Assembly: GCA_951406725.2 (NCBI GenBank)
Contig: OX597817.1
Span: 80,166,001 to 80,230,000 of the forward strand
DNA: 64,000 bases
Reading direction: 5' to 3'
DNA from: Octopus vulgaris
Lineage: Eukaryota
Of the stretch, positions 53,070 to 64,000 are shown one piece after another; positions within the stretch are counted from its first letter, which is position 1, and each line of letters begins with the position of its first letter. The position numbers were made by a program, and so were the translations under genes. The notes beneath the pieces are model-generated. The model saw only the letters and a list, made by a program, of their open reading frames with translations. It did no database searches and was not told the origin of the DNA.

Positions 53070-53912
53070 ATGTGAACTCAATAAAGCCACCTACACCAGT
53101 TCACAATAGAAAAGGAAAATGACAATCAGCTAGCATTCCTGGACGTATTAATAACACGCACCAAGTATGGATTCAGGACATTCATATACCGCAAGCCGAT
53201 CTTCACTGAAAGACACCTCAACTTCAGTTCCCATCATCCATACAGTGTAAAGAGAGGGATTGCTTAGTGCCTAAAACATCGAGTAAAGAATATAAGTAGC
53301 GATCATGATACCCACCACGAAGAAATGGTCAAGCTAAGCAATAATCTATTGAGTAACAATTACCCCCAAAACATAGTATCCATTCCAGTTGTGAAGAAAA
53401 GAGGGGATGAAACCAATAATCTGTCCACAGTCTGTCTACTCTATGTGAAAGGCCTCTCCGAAAAGATACAAAAGATATGCGGCTCATATGATATCAGTAC
53501 AGTGTTCAAGAGTAATACAACACTTCGCGAATATCTGCTTCGAGTAAAACCACTAATAGAAGAGAATATGACCAAAGACTACGTATACTCCATCCCATGC
53601 AGCTGTAGTAGGTTATACAAAGGTGAAACATGCCGCCACCTCAAAATAAGGGTAGACAAACATCGCAAATCTGTGACACGAGGAGATAATGATAAATCGG
53701 GTATAGCTGATCATGTATGGAAAAATGGAGACCACCTCCCCCTGCGGGAGCAAGTTATGATAGTGGATAGAGAACACCGCTGGAAAATACGAAAACAAAA
53801 AGAAGCAGCACATATGTTAGGACACAACAACCTCCTAAGCAGACCAAGCGCCGGTATGAGTAGCATATGGAAACCGATATTAAGGAAGGATAGGAAAATA
53901 TTAGATTTATAA
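53070..53912 (+). pseudogene. Penelope-like RT C-terminus/thumb plus GIY-YIG endonuclease (one in-frame stop)
   Basis: QFTIEKENDNQLAFLDVLI...IYRKP...HLNFSSHHP..VKRGI; LLYVKGLSEKI; VYSIPCSCSRLYKGETCRHLKIRVDKH...SGIADHVW...RKQKEAAH. Confidence 0.9.
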
Positions 53913-53974
53913 GCCCTAAAATTCACTCCATAATTGCCCACGGGCAACTAACTCCAAGATTCCAGGCAGTGATT

Positions 53975-54061
<87 letters not shown>

Positions 54062-55661
54062 TCGAAAAATACCTTAGGAATGAGAACCCAGCTTCGAAAT
54101 TTCCCCAAGGAAATCAGCCGAAACAAATATCCGCCAAATATAAATAATAAATACAATACTCATCGTGAAAATATATTTGGATATCGTTGTGGCAAGATTC
54201 ACTGAATTAGAGGAACGGTAGCCAGTTTTTGAGATGTGGGATACTGCATTTTCGTTGCGTAAATGCAAACAAAACACCCGTTTCTTCAAGATTTCTCTCT
54301 TTATATTTAAAAGTCGAGCTGATTTGTAATATAACTCCAGAGATGGCTGAAGAATTGTTCATGGGAGTTAATCTAATTATCGATGGGTTTGTAGATTGCT
54401 AGAGTATTATATCCGCGCAGGAATTTTTATCTATTTAAAGAGAGGAGGGAGGCCGTTGCAAAAGCAGGTGCAATTAGAGAATGAGATGAAAGAAAATGAT
54501 AACTACCAAAGTTGTTGAAGAGAAATGGTGGTGTGAGTTTGAAATGGGAGAGCAGAGGTTCAGCGAATGCTGTGCCGGCGCTGAAGTATACGGTGTTCCG
54601 TAACACAACAGGGTAAATTCATGTTAGCAAGAAATGGTGCATTTTACTGAATTTCAATTATTACATTTACCGCATAATTGAGGGAGTCGAACAATTTGTG
54701 AAAATGGTTTGATGGTTCTATTGTGAGTAGGTTGAGAGGATGAAAAACAAAGACAAGCATGGATAATACCTCTATACTGAATAGTAATGAAAACTTGATA
54801 GCTATCAATGATGAAAGAAAAATTGAGTAAGGTAACGGAAGTTTCGTAGGTAGTAGAAATAAATTTTAAAGATAGTTTCTGAGTGTTGATGCCGGAAATA
54901 AAAGCAAAGAGTTTATTTCAAGAGAGTTCAGTAGCACTAATACATTCAACGATACAACTACCGAAAAATTCATGTATTTGTTCGATGGATTGTGCAAACA
55001 TCTGAGTTTCGTTAAAGCCTATGAAAAGAGTAACGTAGAAAGAGGTGATCTTTGTACATATAAACACTCCGATTTTTGGTTCGTAGAACATTCCTGGGAA
55101 GAAAAGAAACACTTCAGACTAAGGGGCAGACTCTGGCTAACGCTTTTACATCAGTAGTTAATAGAAATTTTAAGGGGTGGGGAAGGAAAAGGTGAGAAGG
55201 TAAGGATATTATTCGTAATGCAATCAAGGTAGCGATAAGCTGGGATGAGACTTCATTGTTTGCTTGCTTATATTGGTAATATACGCAAATCGAATGTCAT
55301 CATAAAGATGAGCAAACTTGAATTTGTAATGGTGAAACAATACAGTTCTATATTTAAGAGATGAGGAATTACATTTGACGAAATAAATACCAGTAATAAA
55401 CTTGGTTTGCTTCAAAAGGGCCAATTCCTCTTGCAACTAGTATAATACCGATGTAAAGAATCTATATCTATATCTTCCTTGCACCATAAACACACACTGA
55501 TAAATATATACATATATTAGTATACAATTACATATAATGCACACACCCACATCTCACAAGAATATATATATTTGTACATATATAAATATATACACACATA
55601 CATACACACACAAATACACATACACCTAAACACATATTCATCTATCCATACGTATATATAT

Positions 55662-55714
<53 letters not shown>

Positions 55715-55962
55715 TAATTCCTTTGAGTTATTTGCTATAGAAATAAATAATTCAAAAAGAAATATATAAATTTTAAAAATTTAATACCTATTTTTTTGCC
55801 AAAATTTTGTCATTTACTTACAATTTTTTTATATGTTAAGAAATATGTCTTTCCTATATTATTCGTCTATAATTATATTTATCATATTTTTTTTATTTTG
55901 AGAAGTACATTTTTTAAAAAGAAACGCTATTTCTTTTATTTTCGTTAGTCAAATGATTTCCG

Positions 55963-55994
<32 letters not shown>

Positions 55995-57242
55995 TGTATG
56001 TATGTATGTATGTATGTATGTATGTATGTACGCACGTTTGTGTATGTGTGTCGATGCTTGTATCTGAAGGTGAGATTGTATATTTATGTGTATTAGTCAC
56101 TTTTTCTATTATTTTTTTCTATTATTTAGATTTATATATTTTTTCTTGAGGACTTTCCCGCTCTAAATGTTAAATTAAAAATAAAATCGACTAAAAGAAA
56201 AAAAGTAATGAAAGTTAAAATAAAAACTTTTACAAGAAAAATAATCATAACAAGAAAAAAACATTTTCAAGAAATTTATTTGAATACCTTCCATCGTACA
56301 AGCGACTAACTAGTATTTTACTCGATATAAAATTGACCATTTTTACCTTAATGAACTTCGCTTGCAATGAAATTACGACAAATTGTCCTCCATTCTAACT
56401 TATACAAGCTTCTTTTTAAAAGAGCTTTATATTATTTTTGCGGTTTGGAAGAAGGTTATCTTTATTATTTAATTTTCCCCCAAAATCCTCGAAGAGATTT
56501 GGTAGCTTGGGAATTTATTCAGGTGACATGCAGATAAGGTCATTAAGGCTGTTGCTGTGGTTTGATTCGGTGTTTCGTTTTTGTGTTTTTGTGGGAGGTT
56601 TTTTTGTGGGGGTATTTAGTGTAATATGTGTATCACTTTATCTGAGGTTGTGTTTCTCTGTACGTATGTGACAATGTCGGCAATGGTGAGCAAACTTCTG
56701 AAGAAGACGTTAAGCTGAAATAAAGGGATTATATATATATATATAGCTGCTGTGGCTTAAGGGTTAGAGATCTGTTAGTTATCTGAGTATGAGAGTGTGG
56801 TTGGGTTTCATGCAAATTGTAATATTTACATAATGAAACTAGAGAGTAAAAGAGAAAGAAAAAGAGAAAGGTGTATCGAGAAAGGGTTGCGGGGAGGGGA
56901 AAGAGCAGTAAATTTGTAGAGAGAGAAGAAGACAGAAAAAGAGGATGAGAGTAAGAAGGAGTGAGAAAGAGAAAGAGCGAGCAAAGGAGTGAAAGAGATG
57001 AATAGAGAGAAGAAACGGATGTGAAAGGAGGTGGATAAATTTAAAAAGACATAGCTATAGTTTCGAGATTGAATAAGAGAAAGGAAACCGATGCAGAAGA
57101 ATATGGAAGTAAGATTCGAAAAAAAGAAAGGGATGGATATTGTGAGAGAAAGAGAGAGAGAGAGAGAGAGTATAATGGAAGTGAATAAATCTGATTGAGA
57201 TATATGTATGTGTATATGCGTGTTTGTGTGTTTGTATGTGTT

Positions 57243-57306
<64 letters not shown>

Positions 57307-57355
57307 TAAAGCTAGCTAGCTAGCTAGCTAGATAGATAGATAGATACATAGATAT

Positions 57356-57391
<36 letters not shown>

Positions 57392-58634
57392 CTTACATAT
57401 GTATATATGTTTGTATATACTGAACCATGCACAAACACATATTGCACACATACTCACACTCTTATACCCTTGCACACATTTATATGAAGTGTGTGGTAGG
57501 GTCGAGAAAGAATGGGAAGGAGAGAAAGAGGGAGAGAGAGGGTGAATGAAAGTATTGATATTCATGAGGGAAAATAAGAGAAAGAGAGAGAGAGAGAGAT
57601 GTTGACACATGTATATGTTCAGAAGAAAAAGACAAGAGGGGAGACATGAGTATGGTATATTAGCAGATAGACAGATAGAGAGAGGGGGAGAGAGGGAGAG
57701 AGAAAAACAAAGAGAAGCTGAGAAAAAGATTGAGGAGAAAGATGAAAATGTGAAAAGAAAATTGAAAATTGTTTCCTTATAAAATTTTCCAGCAGCGTAA
57801 TGTGATATTCATATTCTCAGTTTCTACTTTCACAATTAGTCACAATTGAATATACGTCTATTTACTGCATCCGTCTCTATCACTTTTCCGTATTCTCTCA
57901 GTCTGTCCATCTATCTATCTGTCTATCTATCTATCTATCTATCTATCCATCCATCCATCCATCCACCCATCCATCCATCTATCTATCCATTCTATCTATC
58001 TATCTAACTCATATATACACGTCTGCATAATCTCTCGTTATAGAATCTCGTTATGTCATTACGCTAATGTCTGTGAAGATGTCACAAATAAACGATGGAT
58101 GCCGATTATAAAAATAATTATTTCCACTTTAGTTTTATGTTGTTGGTTTTTCGATTTTTGTTTTTAGTTTTCTTTATCCATTCTGTTATTTTACACTGCA
58201 CCAAGAATGTGGATTTATTCAGATCTGGCGACCTGAAACTAAAATATGATCACTAACTGAATTTAATTATAAGCATGTATTATTTTTATCACTATATTTT
58301 AAATCTTTATTATAATACAAGAAATCATTGCTTTTTTCCCCAAGTGAATGGTTCTACACTAAACATGTGCCTGTAAGTTGAAAAGTATGGAGAAGATAGG
58401 AGCACTTCGCAAAGTACGTTTTGTCAGCAGGGTGAGTCAGCATCTGCTGGAAGTGGGGTGAGGGGCTTGGTCACACCAACGTAGTGCCCCATCCAATTGG
58501 GATATCTTGTTGTAAGTCCCTTGCTAATTGTTGCTGCTTTTGTTGTTTATACGTATTTATGCACATCCTCCACCTGTTCTTTGACTTAGTTTTTTCCTGA
58601 ATGTGCTTTTGTGACCCTTGTTGCATTACTATAA

Positions 58635-59330
58635 TTAACCTCTACAGGTATGGCAGTGCTGAGAGCTGCGCCTGCCTGAAAGGTCCGCAAAGCGATGAAA
58701 CAGTCTTGCGCCCGCGTGTGCAGGAATCGAGCATTGTTGACTTATGGAGTCATATCAAACAACTGCTATCACGTGTACGACGGGTCTAGCTATCGGCCGA
58801 TTTCACCGTGAAGATCACATGCCACCTTCCTTTTAGAGGAAATGGTAGGTACTTTTCCTCTGTTTAGTATTTATGGCGAAAGAGTTTGTGTAGTGGACGA
58901 GCATGGAAGGACTGAAGATAGACACTACTCTTTTCAGTCAAGCCATTCATCAATGTTTTTAAATTCCATTTGAAAAGCAGATTGAGGTTGAGTGTGATGG
59001 ACTGCTCCCCTCCTCAGTAGATTTGTTGAAAGGTAAGTAAATATAGCCTGGATGGCCCGAGCGAGTGGGCCTGTCCTAAGCTGATGCGTTTAGGCTCGGG
59101 AGTACGAAAGAGAGAGAAGCAACTGCCATGTTACTTACTCCTGCAGAGTATAGTGGCTCAAGATTTGTAATGTTTCTTATTTACCCCTTGGTGGAATTTT
59201 CCATCTATTAGGGAATTTTGCTACAGGTTTTTGTTGTAATTGTTTACACGGTTTTTATGTAACCCCTTATTCTTTGTATTGTCCTCAAAAGTTTTGTAGC
59301 CTTTTATCTGATAATTTCCTGATTATTCTG
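58635..59330 (+). mobile_element. Decayed L1/Tx1-clade LINE ORF2 3' end
   Basis: LYRYGSAESCAC..QSDETVL..VQ.SSIVDLWSHIKQLL (eroded zf-RVT knuckle), FLCLVFMAKEFVxWT, FINVFKFHLK. Stops and frameshifts. Confidence 0.6.
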
Positions 59331-59585
59331 ACCGTACCAAGAAGGCAAAACATTTGTAATAGTTTTACTGGACACTCTATTCTGATTTCCTTTATATTCC
59401 TCTTGATACCATCATATACTGTCTGAAGGACCCCACAATAATTGGCACTATATTCACCTCCATTATCGATATCTGTGGGTCAATGGGTGTGCAACATCAA
59501 CTATATAGCACATGTGATGCACCTTGTCCACCACCAATAGATCCAGCTTGTTATGCTCTAGCGCCTGATCTGTTTGAAATTAACC
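59305..59585 (-). mobile_element. R4/Dong-clade LINE restriction-like endonuclease fragment
   Basis: FQTDQALEHNKLDLLVVDKVHHMCYIVDVAHP...VNIVPIIVGS...LLQMFCLLGTVRIIRKL matches the R4/Dong C-terminal motif series (TD..IxHNRPD..IIDVAxP; VPIVIG; LQKxxLLGTxRIxRK). Confidence 0.75.
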
Positions 59586-60467
59586 TATTTTCCATTACAT
59601 TTCAGACAGATTCAACGCTGGGTTGCTGAAATAGATATATCGTTATAGCAAATTGCTCAATACCACAGATTCTCTTGTCATTTGCTTGATCATAATGCCC
59701 CTTAATTTGCTTGAGCATGCCCCTTAGTGGCTGATAGTATATACATCCTTGATCATAAGCAGGAGTAGTGAGGGGGCATCGTAGCCATGTGTTGACAGTG
59801 ATTCTTTGAAGTTTGAATAAATGTAACAAAAGCAATGTTTCAAGGAAATATCAGCCATTTTTCATACTTTCTAGGGGGAAGCAAACACAAAATAGCGGTT
59901 GCTACCGAAAGACAAAATTGTAGTCGATAAAACAGAACGGGCTATTTGTTTGCTATTCGTACTAACGTTTAGATTTCCAAATTTCAAGAATGGACGGCAG
60001 TATTAGGAGTCTTATAAAAACCAACCAACGCCATTTTCGGTCTCATCCTTTTTCCCCCAGTGGCATGAGATTTAGACATGAGAGTTAGGTTTGTCATGAG
60101 TCTTAGGACTCACAAAGGCCGAAAATTAAATCGGTTTCCATTGGAGAATAAGTGACTGAGATTATAACACTTCATCCTTGAAAGGGACATTGCTCCGTCG
60201 TACTGTTAACTTCCCCAGCTATCGCTGGAGCTAATCTACAGCTTAGTAGAATGGAGCTACGTGAAATGATGTATTTTTCTCAAGAACACACGCACTGCCC
60301 AGTCTCAGAATCGAAACCACTAAGATATGCACCTCCATATAGTTACATATTGTCTTCTGGAAAAATATTGTTGTTGTTGTTGTTGTTTGTTTGTTTTTTT
60401 CCAATTATGATATTATTTTCACCTGGGTTCTGATTTGCTATGATTAAACTACTCAAAAAATATATTG

Positions 60468-60675
60468 ATTTCAAATTTTGGCACAAGGCCTGCAATTTAG
60501 GTGGTTGGAGTAAGTCGATTACATCGACCCCAGTGTTCAACTAGCGCTTATTTTATCGACCCCGAAAGGACGAAAGGCAAAGTCAACCTCGATGGAATCT
60601 GACCTCAGAACGTAGAGCGGGACGAAATGCTGCTAAGCATTTCGTTCCAGTAACGATTCTGCCAGCTTGGCGCTT
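60468..60675 (-). mobile_element. Family B SINE
   Basis: Reverse complement of the family B core. Confidence 0.8.
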
Positions 60676-61317
60676 TACCCAAGAAATATGTTGAATGTAT
60701 TTAGTATATTCCACCGAAAACCTGACAGGGAAAGATAATATTTACCATGAATAAGAAGGTAGGTGGAGGAACGTGGTTTAGTGGTTAGGGTGTTAGACTC
60801 ATAATCGTAAGTTTGTGGTTTTGATTTCTGGACTGGGCGACGCTCTGTGTCCTTGTGGAGAACACTTCATTTCATGTTATTCCAGTCCATTCAGCTGGCA
60901 AAAATGAGTAATCCTGTCACGGACCAAAGTCCCATCAAGTTGGGGATAGCTATACCACGGAAACCTGGAAGTCAGCTTTATGAGTCTGTATTACTCGGTA
61001 AATGTATTTATCTTTTTTTATCCTTCAACGAGGTGGAGGCATTATACAACTAGAAAAATATCATAAAATATCCACTGTAGGACTACAAAAAATAAATACG
61101 AATTAAAGTAACATCTAAAACGAAATGTTTTATATTTTCAAGATGCTAACTAATGAATGTCAACATCGATCCGAACAAGATGCGAACTCGGTTCATAAAC
61201 TGTGGCACTAAATACTACGTAATTGCGTCTGAACCACTAACGATTTCGTTATGTGTAGTAATATTGTTGAATCCACGGAATTCTTATAAGCTCATTGAGA
61301 ACAGTACTGTATAGACA

Positions 61318-61529
61318 GGGCGGCGAGCTGGCAGAAACGCTAGCACGTCGGGCGAAATGCTACGTTCTGAGTTCAAATTCCGCCGAGGTCGACTTTGCCT
61401 TTCATCCTTTCGGGGTTGATATATTATGTACCAGTTACGCACTGGGGTCGATGTAATCGATTTAATCCGTTTGTTTGTCCTTGTTTGTCCCCTCTGTGTT
61501 TAGCCCTTTGTGGGTAGTAAAGAAATAGT
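61318..61529 (+). mobile_element. Family B SINE with probable target-site duplication (tactgtatagaca)
   Basis: Core match. tactgtatagaca occurs immediately before (~61305) and after (~61530). Confidence 0.85.
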
Positions 61530-62830
61530 TACTGTATAGACAAAAAGATTGAAGAAAGCTGGAAAAAAAAATGTTCCTTTATACTCTTCAGGCCAGTCAT
61601 AAATCACATTTGAATCTTGTTTATTTTAAGACATATTGTATATAGGACTGCGATAAACAATGTGTTCTTAAAGAGCGCAGTAGGTAATTTGCGAGTGATT
61701 TGGGAGGTATACATAGAATTCGAAGTCACAGTTAAAAGACACTGAAACACTTCTATTAATATAGAAACTGCTCTATGAATACTATTTAATTGTACCCCAG
61801 TATGGTACGGTATATATTTACTATTAATATTGACATACAAATGTAAAGTAGAGCAGGTTCTTCTTTTGGACTATAGCTTTGTGGTAATTATGTCCTTTTC
61901 CCAAAGGACATAGTTGTTCTGAACTCAGAAATTTAATTAGTAAATTAATTGGGTTGCCACACTCTCTTTTGGGTTATGTCACTGTCAAAATTTCATTACA
62001 ACTAATTAAAACATTCTGATGTTTGCTGCACACATCATCAAACATTAAACGATGTCTATTGGTATTTTGAGAAGTAGCAGAATTTAAAAACACTTGTGGT
62101 TAGAGGTCCAACATTTTACCTTTACAGCTAAATCCTCATAAGTATCTAATCATGAAATACTATTGACAAAAGGCTAAAAACACACAAACACACATATAAC
62201 TTTTATGCTTCAGTCATTAGACTGCGGCAATGCTGGGGCACTACCTTGAAGTACATTTAGCAGAATGAATTGACCCCCGGTACATTTTTAAGTCTGGTTC
62301 TTATTCCCTCGGTTTCTTTTTGCCGAACAACTAGGTAACGGGGACCTAAACAAACCGACACCGGTTGTCAAGCTGTAGTGGGGAACAAAAACAGACAAAG
62401 ACACACACACACACACACGCACACACACACACACACGCACACACACACATACACACACACACATATATATATATCACGTGATTACGTGACCGACCAGACC
62501 ATCAGATGTTGTTACACATCGCTGGTCACAATGCGTTCGCATTGTTTTAGCCTTCGAATGACGCCATCTCGCTGGCTAAGCGAGCAGGCCAATATATAGA
62601 TATATATGCATATATATATAAATACACACACACATACGTCCGTACCCATATACATATCTATACGTCCATAAGCACACATGCACAAACTCACACACACTCG
62701 CTCCCATTCACATGCACACCTTCATACACCGTTTTCACATACACACACGCACCTGTCCACCTTAGTTCTTTGGGGTCATCGTTACCGTTATTATTATTAT
62801 TCTTATCATCATTATTGTTATTATTATTAT

Positions 62831-63387
62831 TGAGTGAGAGAGCAGTTCATGCCATCAAAGTGACACTGGGGTAAAATATACGAAGCCCAATATACCCATC
62901 ATGACTACCCGTCTGATAACGGTACACCAGGCACATGTATCACAACTATATGTGCGCGACATGGTGATCTCATATCAAGATAAACAGCACATGACCTTGC
63001 AGGTGGGGGGCCCAGTTAGAATTTTCTTCAGGTTGAGTAGCCCATCCAACTCAAAAGGTCCCTGAATTAGGGTTGTTTAAGGATATTGAAAGAACCACCC
63101 ATGTTTCCAGAGGTGAATTATTCAAACCCCAAAGAATCCCTCTCAACACATGGCTATGATGCTCCACCACTACTTCTGCTCGTGATCAGAGATGCACATA
63201 TCGTCAGCCACTAAGGGACATGCTCAACTGGTTAAGGTCAAACAAGTGACTAGCAAATCTGTAGTATTGAGCAGAATATTTGCTGAAGCCCATCTTTTAT
63301 ACCAAGACAAAACAATGTACATGATAACACTTCCAATCAGTTAAGATCAGAAGCCATGAGAGCCACTGCCCGGTACTGCATCAGGGC

Positions 63388-63389
<2 letters not shown>
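62831..63389 (-). mobile_element. Second copy of the (AAT)n-inserted ~560-bp element
   Basis: Reverse complement of 46577-47141. (ATT)n on both flanks. Confidence 0.85.
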
Positions 63390-63454
<65 letters not shown>

Positions 63455-63640
63455 CTTTCATTCAGCCTCTTTTTTCCAGTCACCGTTGGACCGTTGAACT
63501 CTGTACACTTTTCTCTCTCCGTGTCTTGCATTATTCTATTCTCTCTCCACTTTTTTCCTCTTACTCTCTTCTGTCGAAGCGCGTAGGCTCGAAACGTAAT
63601 AGACTTTTCCATTCTTTCTGAGCGTTAAACTAATACACCT
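63455..63640 (+). mobile_element. Short PLE-like element with hammerhead-like motif 63568-63602
   Basis: CTGTCGA-A-GCGC gtag GCTC-GAAA-CG-TA. Same family as 25040-25250. Confidence 0.55.
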
Positions 63641-64000
63641 GATATATATATGCGACGGACTTCTTTCAGTTTCCATCTATCAAATCCATTTACAAGTCTT
63701 TGGTCGGCCCGAGCTACAATGGAAGACACTTGCCACGTAGTAGGACTGAATACTGAACCAAATGGTTAGGAAGCGAGCTTCTTGCCACATAGGCACGCCA
63801 ACAATGTGCGCGCGCGTGTGTGTGTGTGTGTAGTCGATAAAATATATATCAGAAACGGATCACACTCTTAAGAATAGAGAAGTAATTATTACAGCAAAAA
63901 TTTAAATTTGGACATAAAGTAATAAAAGGTTTCGTAACCACAAAGCTTGAACTTTGTGGACAACTCGTCAGACTCGATACAAAGACAAAAAATTTAAGCT

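Noticed and set aside
54130-55440. Purine-skewed block possibly encoding a LINE RT on the - strand (FAHLYDD)
   Set aside because: Too decayed to assign; no continuous motif series could be read.
58935-59040. Host exon suggested by ttttcag acceptor and strong AAG|gtaagt donor
   Set aside because: Lies within a decayed L1/Tx1 ORF2 tail, and the frames checked contain stops.

Overview
AT-rich eukaryotic (animal) non-coding DNA saturated with microsatellites ((TA)n, (CA)n, (TATC)n, (TACA)n, (AAT)n) and transposon relics. The SINE families and microsatellite load point to a coleoid cephalopod, probably Octopus; this is inference from recalled repeat families. I found no confidently identifiable host gene, rRNA, true tRNA or CRISPR array, and most ORFs in the supplied track are microsatellite artefacts. 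Recognisable coding relics: two Penelope-like (PLE) GIY-YIG/RT fragments, a DD37E (TRT-type) Tc1 transposon with long IR/DR ends, a DD37D (maT-type) transposon, a decayed hAT transposase, and 3' fragments of CR1, RTE, L1/Tx1 and R4/Dong LINEs. Non-coding elements include a non-autonomous Helitron, several MITE families and more than 25 tRNA-derived SINE copies. The most interesting layer is RNA structure. About a dozen hammerhead-ribozyme-like motifs, one with a canonical core, lie mostly in short ORF-less elements embedded in (TA)n tracts. There is also an 800-bp-period terminally repeated element, a candidate HDV-like fold, an (AAT)n-targeting non-autonomous element and an inverted triplication. 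All coordinates were read by eye and may be off by a few bases.
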